Shown here in pieces: positions 13,735-27,179 of a DNA stretch of 64,000 nt. The DNA is taken from positions 70,122,001 through 70,186,000 of the forward strand of contig NC_043007.1 of NCBI RefSeq assembly GCF_006345805.1, given 5' to 3'. The number at the start of each line of letters is the position of its first letter. Position 1 is the first letter of the stretch. The notes beneath the pieces are model-generated. The model ran no database searches and had not been told where the DNA came from. It saw only the letters and a program-made list of their open reading frames with translations. The DNA comes from Octopus sinensis (lineage: Eukaryota). The position numbers and the translations under genes were made by a program.

Positions 13735-14793
13735 TAAGGGTTGAGCAGAAAGAACACAACAAGGAGAAAAATTTTAAACGAAAGCAGAGCAAACAGGAAA
13801 CTAGACGAAAACTTAACGGATGGGAAATTTAGACAAAGACACGATACACAGAATATTCGCCGCTGAGTCTTCCTCGTATGTCAATGACCCAAAATATGAT
13901 GGTGGTTTCGTGCCATTACCATTGAGACCACGCAGTTTTGGAGGCGCCAGTACTCTTATTAAGCTACCGGGGAAAAGCTAGCGAGTATATATTAAGATAG
14001 AAACAAACAAGACTTTATATAAATACAACAGACAAAGAATTATTCATATACAACAGCGCGAAGCCTTACGGCTATATACAACAGAAGAAACAAAATAATT
14101 ATACATATAACACAAATACAACAGAAAGCTGTGCAGCTATCGAACGAACTTAGTGGGGTTGCGCAAAGATGAAATGGAGTAAGTCCTAGTGGACAAAGCA
14201 GGAATCCAGACCATCATGACCAGTTTATATATATAAATGTATAATAAACACTAGCAAATATACTTACATGTGCGTGTCTGACAATGTAAGATCTTTATTT
14301 GTCCCCAACATGAAACAGCGTTTGAATACATTATAGATCGTCTTGACTCTAAGCAGCAAAGTTACCACAAGCCTAGAATAATTAACGTAGTATGAAATCT
14401 CCAGTTTGTTCTTGTATTTTACCAACATGTTCGTGAGAAATGTTTTCCATTTCCTGCCAACCATCAACGAAATTTATTCCACTTTTCTGAAACTAAACAC
14501 TGTGATTTGTTGTTGAGCATATCGCTTTTCTTTGATCAGGCTGCAGCTTTGGTTCATTATTTATAATTCCTTGTTAAATTTCTTCAGTGTTGTAAAGTGT
14601 CTCATGCAGAACATCATAATGAAAGTTACTATGATGATTTTGCTTAACCTTCGGAAAGCCGAGCGCTAGACTATAATTCGTCTTGAACTGCTTAAACAAA
14701 GTGACATTACTGTTGTCAACTAACTTATTTAAATGTTTCAACTGAGTCTAGTGTTTAAAATGTAAGAGATCCGGTTTTGTTATTCTGTCTTAA

Positions 14794-15014
14794 TCCTTTA
14801 GCATTCAGATTGCTCTATCAAATGTAACGCTTATTTGTTCACATTGTTTCGAATGTATCCTTCATTATCTTGTAGCTTTGAGATTTAGATTACATGACTG
14901 TATATTTTTTAGGCTAACATTGTAGGATAGGTGTGAGAGGCTGGAGCTGGTGAGTTTGAGCATGAAACAGGAAGAATATTTTGGCCAGATGTTGTCAGAT
15001 TAAATACTAAATGG
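14794..15014. mobile_element. TTAA-flanked MITE, piggyBac-like
   Basis: TTAA at 14790-14793 and 15015-15018. Imperfect TIR tcctttagcattca / taaatactaaatgg. Confidence 0.6.
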
Positions 15015-16146
15015 TTAATGCGAGTTAGAAATGGCATATTGTTGCAGCAAACTAATCAAAGAATTTTTGAAATGGCAGGTAACTGTGATACTATTTACAT
15101 CTTCAAGAAGCTCTCGCTCGAAACAATGCTTTCTCTATATGGTACACTGTTGATCTTGAACTGGTGAACTTATAGCAAATCTTCGAAGAATGTTGGGCAA
15201 TGAAACAGTATACGAAGATAGAAACGCTCTTGCTGGCTTACATGAACACTGTAGAATCCTCTCAAGGTCTCATATTTAAACAAACCTAGAAGACAATATC
15301 CACGATTGCGTTATTTAATACAATTCTGTTTTTATTCCATGTGTATAAAGGTGAGACTTCAGACTAAAACAGTGGACATACAAAGAAATATTCTTGGTAA
15401 AGACTGAATAATACAAACTTGATCGTAGTTTCCAAAGAAAATATCTGTTACAGATTATTTTCATAGAAAATATCTGTTACAGATTATTAAGTAGACTTGT
15501 TGGATCGTTTTAGTTAGAAGCAGGTTGTCGTTTGTGGAATAGAAAGCTTCAAATGAACAAATGTGCTTCATTGATTCTAAAGTACTCTTTTACTGGAAAT
15601 GGATCGCTTTTTATTTTGTGCGTTGATTTTGAAGAGCCTACATATTAATATACGATTCTTCCTGACATACTTTCACACATTCTCAGTTGATTTGAGAGAC
15701 AGAATTTAATAGTGATGAGTATGTCAGTGACTTTTAATATCAATGAGTTGTAAGGGACGATTCCAATAAGTTTTGACAGGTTTGTGTTCTTGATACCCAC
15801 TTGCAACTTACATATGCGTTTGAGAAACATATAATAGTGGTGACTATTTGACTAACAAATATTATGCACTCTCCTCTGTGAGAACAGATTTTCAAATTTC
15901 GAGCTCAAAAAGATATTCTCCTTTATACAAAGACTCCACAGCAAATGAACTTATCTGAATTCATTTAGAACCTAATTCAAACACTTTGGTTATATGTAGA
16001 TCGAAATAAACCTTTCACATCACATGGGAAGTAATAATATATATGTTTGTCTTATAGGTGTTTTCTGGTAGTTTTGTAGCGAACCTGGAACAAACAGATA
16101 GTCATGCGTTCACAAATATTGAGACATGCACGCATACACAAGTATA

Positions 16147-16189
<43 letters not shown>

Positions 16190-16194
16190 CATAT

Positions 16195-16500
16195 TCTTTT
16201 TGACGTGGATGTATTCTTAGAATACAGTAATACTGCGGTATTCGCCTTGAGAAATTCTATCATATAGACTCTTGGTGTTAAGAAGCATACATATATCGGT
16301 AGCAGACGATAAATCGGCCAGCACCAGTGGCGTAACTGTTGGGTCTCCTGATTTCAGCGTGTTTTTGCTTCAACAGCAGCAGGCATTCCTCGTCTGCTAC
16401 CGATAGGTCAGTGCATCTTCGCTCTAAATGTCTGGGAGAGTTCCTCAAGGCGAATGCTGCAGTATTGTGGCATTCTAACGATACATCCACGTTAAGTAGG
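16195..16500. repeat. ~300-bp nested fold-back element
   Basis: Outer arms ~16200-16265 and ~16430-16495 are imperfectly complementary. Perfect 16-bp inner stem at 16294-16309/16390-16405. Confidence 0.85.
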
Positions 16501-18248
16501 ATATATATGAGTGTGTATGGGTATGTGTATGTTTCCCGTTACTGCCTTTCCCAACTTGATATCAAAAGAGAAAGCCCAAACAACTTTAATAGTCATTTCC
16601 TTTTCCCAAAAGAGAGCATGAAGCCATAGTAACTAATGTTGAATGGGATAACATAAATCTTTCAACCTAAAAGGAAGTTGGATGGGAATAAGTTTAGCGG
16701 AAATTATCTTACTCAGAATAATACCCGAAACACCAAATGGTATGAATTAATCTAATCATCACCAACACCTTAGCTTATGTCAAGAATAAGTTCTCTCTTC
16801 TTTTTTCTGTAGAATGAGTTTGTCTTGTTCATGGTATAGTTTACCGAGAACTTTTTGCAGCACCAGTAACTGAAGCATTGAAACGAAGAGCAGCTATAAT
16901 AATTAAATTCAAACAATGATTGACCAGGGCTGTATCTGCAAAGCTATGGCTGTCTTCACGAAGTTCTACTGTCACAATCAAATATAGAACTGTTCTGCTA
17001 GGAATATAAATGCCATCCATTTCTTTTTAGATATCTTGAAATAAATACATTTCGTTTGTGGGAATGATTTTGTTGTTTTATTCGATATATACAATAACTA
17101 CTTTGATGTCTGTTAAGCGTGTATAAATTGATCAAAATATTCTCTGTATTACACATTCCACCATTTTGCCACTATTGTATATTATCCAAAATCGGTAACT
17201 GGAAACAGGGAACACATCCCTTTGGGGCAATACTTGTTTATTATTCCACATCTCATTTTTATCATCATGACTGTTATTATTAGTTTTATGTGCAACATCG
17301 TTGACATCTATATCTCCAATTCATTATATTCGAACGACATTGCAACATCTTAGGTCCTAATGTTTCTGTTTTAGTGGACATAATATATCAATCCAAGGTT
17401 TTAGATGTATTCCATTGATTTTTTGCTATTTTAGGTAAACTTGCACTGATACTATTGCCATTATTATTGTTGTTGTTGTTGTTGTTGTTGTTATTGTGGT
17501 CTTGTACTGTGAAGACAAATTTTTTTATCTCTTTGAGACTCGACTTTGTTCAATCATTATTAAATGAAAATTTCTTTGGTGTACTCGTCAATAAGGATTT
17601 TAATTATCTCAGAACAGCTTTCCTCGTTACTCGGGATTCATTTTTAGAGATTTTTTATTATATTTGTTTACTGGTTCCGACTATATTTCACATTCAATAG
17701 GTCTGAGAGCAGTGCTCGCTTTAGAAAGTAAAATATTACAAGAGACGAAACAAGACGAAAAGAAAAACAACACAAAAACAAATCACACTGCAAAATTAAC
17801 AAAATGAAAATAATAAGGAATATTTTAATGAATAACAAGCAGAAGAAAAATAGTTCGAATAATTTAGCAAATAATTTTGAAAATAGTGATAACAGTAGCA
17901 ACAATTGCTCAGAGACAAACAAGTTGCTCATATAGAGGTTGGATTAAAGTTAATCTTGTTTCTTTCGTGACACAAACAGAAGTTTTAGATATTATTTTTG
18001 CGTTTACATCTCTTTCCGCTATAGTTACTGATACTAAAGCAATCGGGAACGCCCCCTAAAAAATTCAAATGTAAACAACAACAAATATAGAAAATATTAA
18101 ATGTAATTATTATTGTTATTAACAAAATATAATTACACAGCAGGACGCAACTATTTTGCAAGAAAAAAAATGGTGGAAATAAATATTGACTGGAGCATTC
18201 ACTGTGGTAAAAGCAAACAACAAAGCACATACACGTATACATATGCAA

Positions 18249-18293
<45 letters not shown>

Positions 18294-19271
18294 ACACACA
18301 CACACACACACAGATTGTGTGACAAATGAACGAAGGGAAAAATAAGTTTCGTGGTATTTCCTTAAGAAATCAATATTTCTTTCATACTGAAACCGATATG
18401 TCATGGTGTGTCCTTCCTACATAATTTATCGCTATCTGTTAGTGTATGAACTCTGGTCTTCAGCTACTCTGGGACATGGTATGAGTAAAATCTACGCACC
18501 ACTCGGCCGACTAAATGCAAGCCTTAGAACCTCTCGGTTTGGGCTTACTTGGAACAACGCAACAACACAGCAACATTTTCGACGACATTACGAATCTATC
18601 TTTTGAAAATAAACTCAGAGTTGTTAATGTTGAAGGAGATAGTTATATATGAGACGGCTGTCCAGAGCAACAAGAAGAGACGCATTAAATGTAGACAAAC
18701 CAGATACGAATTCAGTTAAGGGATAATGCCGGAACGAATTTATTTCTTTTATTTTCACCGACATTTAAAAAGACTTCTTTATCTCTTCAGTCTTCTTTAA
18801 CTTAATAACTTCTGTATCAAGACGATGACAAAAACGAAGAATAGTTAGAGCAGTACCATCAAAAATAGTTGTGACAACGGTTAATCCAGTTCTCAAGTTG
18901 TTTTTCCTTTTCTTTTTCTTTTCTTTTCTTTCTTTGGTAAAATTGATCGAATGAGGAAACGGTTGCACAGTAAAGGGGTGGGGTTGAAATATTCGACTAA
19001 TTGAAATATTGAACTAATTGTGCAACAGAGGCATTCCTGGAAACTGAAACTACATGTTTGTTTGCAAGAACAATCATCTAATTAATGAAAAATAGTCCGA
19101 TTACTCACTCAAAGTAAACCTATTTATTTAATGAAAAAGGCCATTATTATGGCAACATTTTCAGTATTTTCCATATAAACGTAAAACCTTCATTCCTATT
19201 TTTAAAAAATTGTATTATTGTTGTTGTTAATGCTGATTGCACTTTACCGTACTTCTCAAGGCATTTAATCG

Positions 19272-19301
19272 ATTTTATTTTATTTTATATTGCAGGTAAG
19301 A
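19272..19301 (+). other. Candidate recursive splice site 1 (3'ss fused to 5'ss)
   Basis: ttttattttattttatattgcag|gtaaga, with no AG in the preceding ~33 nt. Confidence 0.45.
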
Positions 19302-20249
19302 TAATTTCCTTGTTCGACATACGCTAAGCAAGGTAAATAAAGATATCTCGTTGACTGAGAAGTTAAAAACTGGCCATACATCAGAGGGGAAACAGTGAAC
19401 GAAGTGTAATATTAAAATATTTACTTTCATTTTTGCTCTGTTTGTATATTCGCATGACGATAAAAGAAATATTGGTTTATGTCTGATTTGGTACAAATTT
19501 GCTGTACTAACAGAAGGAAATAGATTGTTTCTTGTTCTTCAGTCCTTATAAACTAAATAAACACAATGTTGACTTCTCACGGTACCATAAATTTATAGAA
19601 AAGTAGTGAGATCTGGTGAAGTTCCTGACTTTTTAAAAACCTTAATGATGATATTGACATTGCTGTAAGAACCTTAAGTGTTTCACAAAATAATCACATC
19701 TATTTTCTATCATTCGCCATTACACTTGGTTTCTTTTAATAAGAGACTCGATTGAAAAAAACAGAAGCTATGTCGTTAAAAATATTTCCAATGAAATTAG
19801 TAGTGAAAAATGATGTTTCGTACTCAAGCAGATTCACCATATTGCCTTTTACTGCTTTCAACCAATGGATTGTGGTCATACTGGAGCTCTGCCTTCTGGA
19901 ACATATTCGATTAATCTGAGTCTTATTTTATCGATGTGTACTTATTTTATTGACTAATGAAGGATGAAGGCTAAAGAGTTGCAATATTATGCTCTGTCCT
20001 TTATTTTCTGAGTTCAAATTCTGCCGAGTTCGGCATCTCTTTTCGTCCCTCCAGAGTCGATAAAATGGAGTACCATTCATGTACTTGAGTCGATGGCATC
20101 GAAATCTCTGGCCAATTATTATTATTATCATTGTTGCTGTTGTTGGTGGGAAGGGGGGGGGAGATTGTGTTGTTATTATTTATTCAACACGATTTCTTTT
20201 GTGGCACATTGATGTTATAGAATTTATTGCAACTGCAAGTGGTAGAAAC

Positions 20250-20302
20250 AGTAGTAGTAGTAGCAGCACTACCATTACTATTATTATAATTATTATTATT
20301 AT

Positions 20303-20341
<39 letters not shown>

Positions 20342-20540
20342 CAGCAGCAGCAGCACCATTATTATTATTATTATTAGTAGTAGTAGTAGTAGTAGTAGTC
20401 TCTGTTGTTGCTGCTATAGTTACTGTCTAATGGCAGATGTTGTTACTGCGTTACTGCTTTCATGGTTGTTGCTGCTGCTTTTGTTGCTGTTGTTGTTATT
20501 GTTGTAGTTGGTGGTGGTGACGGTGGTGGTGGTGCTGATG
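20250..20540. repeat. Compound trinucleotide repeats (AGT/AGC/ATT/GTT/GGT)
   Basis: Direct reading. Confidence 0.9.
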
Positions 20541-21321
20541 GATTTGTTATTAATTCGTTCTGTTGACAATTAGTTTGTCACACAAAACAAAGCAAAAAAG
20601 GGGGAGGTGTTCAGGTTCAGCATTTCATTCGAAAAGCCTTTAATTAAAACGCGTTTAATAAACTTCCAGAGTCTTAGTTGCTACGACAACACTTAATGAT
20701 AAGCCACACCCACACCCTCCTACTTACAACTGGCACAGCATCAACCCCATCACAGCTTCCTTTATACCTTTAAACGCAGAGTCTAATTAAAATGTCATTT
20801 ATAAATCTGCGAAACCTTCCAGTGTTCGAATGCTAATCAACTTTTGTTTCTATGACCTCCAATAACTAACTGTGGTGCAGAAGAATTGGGAATAAACATG
20901 ATAGTCGTGCTTATGACGATGATGCTGATGGTGCTGTCGATTGTGGTTTGGTTTGATATTAGTGCTTGGTGGTGTACGGGGTGGTTTCAGGCATGATGAA
21001 GGTTTCGGTAACGTCAGCAGTGATTTCGGCAGCAGAGGAACAGGCTGATGATAAAGAGATGGCGAAGGGTGGTGAGGGGTGGTGTAGCGATCGATCTTCT
21101 GTCTTGTTCAATGACGTTAAGGTAAATAAATACTAAATAAATAATAGAAAAATAAAATAAACCATCACGGTTTTTTTTCACGAAGCGCATAAGCCTTGAT
21201 GTTTAAAGTGAGAGCAATATGAAGTTGAGGAGTTCATGCATTTCCCAAAATGATTCGACTTCAAATAATTACGTTCTATTGTACGATTCATGTCACAACA
21301 CAATGTTTATATATATATATA

Positions 21322-21526
21322 ATGTGACCGCGTGTGTACCGTTGGCAATCTTTTTCCTCTGTCTTCCCCTCTGTGGATCTTTCTTTCTCCTATGTTTCCG
21401 ACGAAGAGCTCCGCTCGAAGCGTTAAACCATCCTTCTTTCCTTCTGTCCTGAGCGTCCAATAATACTATATTTGTTCCACGTCCTCGTGTTGTTGTGTTT
21501 TTTGTGCTTTCATGTTTGGATTAACT
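21322..21526 (+). mobile_element. (TA)n-bounded short element with degenerate minimal-hammerhead motif; probable Penelope-type terminal-repeat remnant
   Basis: Bounded by (TA)n on both sides. Its 3' end recurs inverted at 25252-25300, also within (TA)n. Motif at 21394-21428. Confidence 0.5.
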
Positions 21527-22265
21527 ATATATATATATATATATAGTTGTTGGATTGCATAGAGCCCAGTGTATTACAGATAAACATTTAGTTAACCCTG
21601 TGATTGGGAAGCTTGACACCAGTGGGTTGTAGATCAAGTTCCTCGGTTCACCACTTCAGCAACTCACGACCTCGCACAGATGAAGTGTGGTAATGATGTA
21701 GAGCTAATATTTTTATATTATTGTGTATAGAAATAAAATGGAGTAGAAGTTAATGCGGCTTGGTCCAGTAATGTACAACAGCGACTATGAGGTTTATTTT
21801 TTTCAATGATCCTCCGTCACTGGCGACGAGGAACACAAGTGGTATGATATCCCAAACCGGAAAAGTAATTCGAATAGAGCGGGATCGTTTAAAGGTACCC
21901 TTAGAACTAAGTTTTAGTCAGGTGACATATTGTTATCCATTGAAGGGCAGGTTATGCGTCTGATGGGATTCAGCACAATTTCCAAGATTTGGGTTGGCTT
22001 GAAACAGCAGATTGGGATCGAAACCAAACTATTTGATTTGAAGTGAACTCCTTAATCATGACTTAGTTTCAAGTTTATTTGAGACATCCCTAACTACAAC
22101 ATTCTAATATTTCCACTGACTGAAACACTCCCCTTCAAAATAAACAGCAAGCTTTCTTCCTGGTGTTATGTGACTGAAAGAACAAGTCAATCAGTTGTAA
22201 CTGTTTTTGTTATTCTGTTGTTGTTGTTGTTGTTGTCGTCGTTCTTCTTCTTCTTCTTCTTCTTC

Positions 22266-22318
<53 letters not shown>

Positions 22319-22319
22319 T

Positions 22320-22855
22320 AGTAAGAGAGCAGCGTATGCCATCAAAGTTACCCGGGCGTACAAATATACGAAGCTCAATATACCCATCATGACTATTACC
22401 CGTCTGATAATGGTACACCAGACACGTGCATCACAACTATATGTGCGTGACATGGTGATCTCATTTCAAGATAAACAGCGCAAGACCTTGAAGGTGAGAC
22501 CCAGTTAGAATTCTCATCAGGTCGAGTAGCCCTGAATAAGGGTTGTTTAAAGATGACGAACGAAACACCCATGTTTCCAGATGTGAATTATTCAAACCCT
22601 AAAGAATTCCTCTCAACACATGGTTATGATGCTCCCCCACTACTTCTGCCCGTGATCAGAGATGCATATATTGTTAGCTACCACAGGAGATGCTCAACTG
22701 GTGTCAAACAAGTGACAAACGAATTTGTGGTACTGAGCTGATTATTTGGTGTAGTCTATCTTTGTTTATTCCAAGACAAAGAATGTACATAAATAACACT
22801 TCCAATCAGTTAAGATCAGAATCCATGAAAGCCAGTGCCTGGTATTGCATCCAGA
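22320..22855 (-). mobile_element. ~550-bp (AAT)n-associated non-coding element, copy 1
   Basis: Homologous to 26306-26860, 34148-34625 and 60494-61041. Flanked by TTA repeats. Confidence 0.9.
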
Positions 22856-22918
22856 AAATAAACCATTATTATTACTGTTATTGTTATTATTATTGTTGTT
22901 GTTGTTATTATTATTAGT

Positions 22919-22962
<44 letters not shown>

Positions 22963-23376
22963 TATTATTATTATTATCAAGTAAGTAATAGTTTAACACT
23001 GAAGTCGATTACATCAGCTAGCGCCTTCCCAAAATATTCCAGGCCTTATACATATAACAGAAAGAATTATTTATCTTATTATATTATTGACCCGGTAAGT
23101 AAATCGACAATCCCAAGATGGATTCAATTAGACATGCTCTTGTGTATCAAAGTTAAGTTGAAAGATAGGAAAGTAAATAACATCCACTTTTGTGAAAATA
23201 ACAGAATGTAACTATTCTAAATAGTGACGTAATTACATATCAAATTCTTTAGCTTCAAAACATATTCTCTGATCAAATCTCTTGCTGAGATAGTGAAAAA
23301 ACAGACACGCACATACGCACAGGTGTATAAAGAACATGGTGCGAACATGATCTTTGAAAAGCTTCCCAGAATACTG

Positions 23377-23420
<44 letters not shown>

Positions 23421-23421
<1 letters not shown>

Positions 23422-23604
23422 TCTTTTACTTGTTTCAGTCATTTGGCTGTGGCCATGTTGGAGCACCGCCTTTTTAGTCGAGTAAATCTATCCCAGGACT
23501 CATTCTTTGTAAGCCTAGTACTTATTCTATCGGTCTCTTTTGCCGAACCGCTAAGTTACGGGGACGTAACCACACCACCATCGGTTGTCAAGCGGTGCTG
23601 GGAG
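23421..23604 (-). mobile_element. SINE family A 3' half
   Basis: Reverse complement of the family tail. Confidence 0.85.
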
Positions 23605-23605
23605 G

Positions 23606-23910
23606 ACCTTGTGAGTGGATTTAGTAGACGGAAACTCAAAGAAGCCCGTCGTATATGTGTGTGAGTGTCTGTGTGTGTGTATTTATATGTGTGTGTGTCT
23701 TTATGTCTGTGTTTATCCCCCCACCATCGCTTGACAACCGATGTCGGTGTGTTTACGTCCACGTACCTTAGCGATTTAGCAAGTGAGACTGATAGAATAA
23801 GTTATAGGCTTACAAAGAATAAGCCTTGGGGTCGATTTCTCCGACTAAAAAACCCTTTAAGACGGTGCTCTAGCATGGTCGCAGTCAAATGTCTGAAACA
23901 AGTAAAAGAA
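23606..23910 (+). mobile_element. SINE family A, 5'-truncated
   Basis: ccttgtgagtggattt..gacggaaact core plus tail. Confidence 0.85.
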
Positions 23911-23941
23911 TATATGTATATACATTTATATATATATATAT

Positions 23942-24305
23942 AGGCGTAGGAATGGCTGTGTGGTAAGTAGCTTACTTACCAATCACATAGTTCCGGGTTC
24001 CGTCCCACTGCGTGGCACCTTGAGCAAGTGTCTTCTACTATAGCCTCGGGCCGACCAAAACCTTGTGAGTGGATTTGGTAGACAGAAACTGAAAGAAGCC
24101 CGTCGTATATATGTATATATATATATTTGTGTGTCTGTGTTTGTCCCCCAACATCGCTTGACAACCGATGCTGGTGTGGTTACGTCCTCGTAACTTAGCG
24201 GTTCGGCGAGAGACCGGAAGAATATGTCCTGGGGTCGATTTGCTCGACTAAAGGCGGTGCTCCAGCATGGCCACAGTCAAATGACTGAAACAAGTAAAAG
24301 AGTAA
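23942..24305 (+). mobile_element. SINE family A, near full length
   Basis: tggctgtgtgg A box, gggttccgtccc B-box-like, ccttgagcaagt core, internal (TA)/(TG) tract. Confidence 0.9.
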
Positions 24306-24377
24306 AGGAGTAAATATATATATATATATACACACACACACATGCACATATATATACACACAGAAAGAGAGAGAGAC

Positions 24378-24413
<36 letters not shown>

Positions 24414-25216
24414 GTAGATTGATAGATAGACAGACATGTTATAGTGTACATACGTACATATAAACACTAGAATATGTGCACGAGCAAAATATTGCTGTTT
24501 GGTTTTGTATTTTATTGTCAAGGTTGTATTGTAATGTTAACGCCAGCGTTGTTCTTAAGGCAAATACGGAAATGATTGCTAGTGTTGTTGCTGATGTCAC
24601 AGCAATTGTTATCATTATTGTCTGTTACAATAGCTCTAGTAGTAGTAGTAGTAGTAGTAGCAGTAGTAGTAGCAGCAGCAGCAGCAGCAGCAGCAGCTGC
24701 ATAGATTGTAGTAATAGCAGCAACAGCAGCAGCAGCAACTGTTGTTATTTTACATCTTTGCTGTTTAGCTGTGGTGGTTGTTGTCAATGTATGATATTTA
24801 TTTTCCATCCATCGGAAAATTTTGTCATTTGCAGCTAATTAAGTCTAACGTGATGATCAATTAACGAGTTGGTTTGGATATGCATTTGCGTGTGTGTGTG
24901 TGTGTGTGTGTGGTGTGTGTGTTGTGTGTGTGTGTGTTTGTTTGTCTGTCTGTTTGTCTTTTCGGCAGACGAACGAAACAGAAAATGGCGGGACTGAAAT
25001 AAATAACAGACAGGACAGACAGAACAAACCCACTGCAACAACTTTACAGACTGCATGTGCAACATATACACGTATACATATTGCAGTCTAGCTAGATACA
25101 CACGTACACACGCTCTCTGTCTCTCTTTTTCACTCTTTCGTACACACAAACACGTACACATACGCACACACAAACATTGAAAGCATTGATCTATACACAA
25201 TATAAATATATATATA

Positions 25217-25257
<41 letters not shown>

Positions 25258-25345
25258 ATCCAAACATGAAAACACAAAGAGAAAACACAACGCGAGGACA
25301 TAAATATATATATATATATATATACATACATACAAACAGTTATAT

Positions 25346-25388
<43 letters not shown>

Positions 25389-25440
25389 ATGTATATATAT
25401 ATGTATGTATCCATATATGTATGTATGCATGTATGTATCC

Positions 25441-25471
<31 letters not shown>

Positions 25472-25929
25472 CATGTATGTATGTATGTATGTATGCATGT
25501 ATGTATTTATGCAAGTATACAATTATAAATGCGGTGACGCACGGACACTAACAAATACATGAACATACAAACACCCTGGCGTACACATACGGATGAAATA
25601 CAGTATCGTACTTAATGTGTTAGCTGTGAGTTAGACAAATAGCAAAGGGCATAATTCACTTCTAATTAACCTCTTGTAAATATGTGACTACAACCACACC
25701 TTATTGACATTCGTTAAACAATGCCTCATCAGTTAGAGTGTCCTTAACGTGAAAGAAAGATGGCGAGGGAGAGCTGATGAAGAATAGACTCGTATCATTT
25801 GCTTTCCTCATCTGTCAGCCTTTTTTTCACACTTTTCTTAAAGTCAGTTTTAGTTTTCTCTCTTAAGTGAATACGTGGCTGTCACAGAGGGCGGCAGAAG
25901 GTTATTTTATGAATGGAACATTAAAAGTA

Positions 25930-26090
25930 AGCCGATGTAATCAACCCCCTGTGGTCAACAGGTACTTATTTTATCGACCCCGAAAGGTTGAAAGCAAAGC
26001 TGACCACGGTAGAATTTGAACTCAGAACGTAAAGACGGACGAAAAGCTGCTAAGTATGCAATCCGGAATGCTAACGATTCTGCATCTCAC
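25930..26090 (-). mobile_element. SINE family B
   Basis: Reverse core atcgaccccgaaagg and aatttgaactcagaacg. Confidence 0.8.
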
Positions 26091-26095
26091 TTATG

Positions 26096-26096
<1 letters not shown>

Positions 26097-26157
<61 letters not shown>

Positions 26158-26167
26158 CAACAACAAC

Positions 26168-26224
<57 letters not shown>

Positions 26225-26246
26225 CAACAACAACAACAACAACAAC

Positions 26247-26289
<43 letters not shown>

Positions 26290-26305
26290 TGATGATGATG
26301 ATAAT
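26097..26305. repeat. Compound (AAT)(AAC)(GAC)(GAT) microsatellite
   Basis: Direct reading. Confidence 0.95.
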
Positions 26306-26860
26306 ATGCCCTGATGCAGTAGCAGGCAGTGGCTCTCGAGGCTTCTGATCTTATCTGATTGGAAGTGTTACCATGTACATTGCTTTGTCTTGGTATAAAA
26401 GATGGGCTACAGCAAATATTCTGTTTAATACCACAGGTTTGCTTGTCAGTTGTTTGACCTTAACCAGTTGACCATGTCCCTTAGTGGCTGACGATATGTG
26501 CATCTCTGATCAAGAGCAGAAGTAGTGGGGGAGCATCATAGCCATGTGTTGAGAGGGATTCTTTGGGCTTTGAATAAATTATCTTTGGAAACATGGGCGT
26601 TTTGTTCAACATCCTTAAACAATCCTTATTCAGGGACATTTTGAGCGGGATGGGTTACTCGACCAGAAGAAAATTCTAACTGGGCTCCACCTGCGAGGTC
26701 ATATGCTGTTTATCTTAACACGAGATCACCATGTCGCGCACATTTGGTTGTGATGCATGTGCCTGGTGTACCCTTATCAGATGGGTAGTCATGATGGGTA
26801 TACTGGACTTCGTATATTTTGCTCCAGTGTCACTTTGATGGCATGCACTGATCTCTCACT
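26306..26860 (+). mobile_element. ~550-bp (AAT)n-associated element, copy 2
   Basis: Starts atgccctgatgcag, ends ctctcactc, followed by (AAT)n to ~26987. Confidence 0.9.
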
Positions 26861-26861
26861 C

Positions 26862-26988
<127 letters not shown>

Positions 26989-27179
26989 TTGCTTTCAAAC
27001 TTTGGTATAAGGCAAGCAATTTGTGGGGAGGGATAAGTCGATCACATGAACTCCAGTGCTCCAAAATATGGGTCTGGTGCAAAGAAAGCCCTTCAATCTA
27101 GCATCTCGGATTCGAAACGTCGTAACAAAATCAGTAGTGGTTATAATTTCTATAGAAAATGTGTACAGATAGCCTTAAC

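Noticed and set aside
13878-14468. Possible solo LTR with TGGCGCC on the minus strand
   Set aside because: No clean TG..CA ends or TSD, and the putative primer site is internal.
15435-15488. 24-bp direct repeat (also an 18-bp tandem at ~62615-62650)
   Set aside because: Ordinary local slippage duplication.
17415-17440. Weaker AG|GT motifs (tttag|gtaaac here; also ~7267, ~11698, ~39934)
   Set aside because: Weak donor or poor pyrimidine tract; expected by chance.
18403-18606. ORF with faint RTE-like GLTW motif; similar faint LINE/PLE hints at 34690-35400 and 41030-41280
   Set aside because: Too decayed to call without a profile search.
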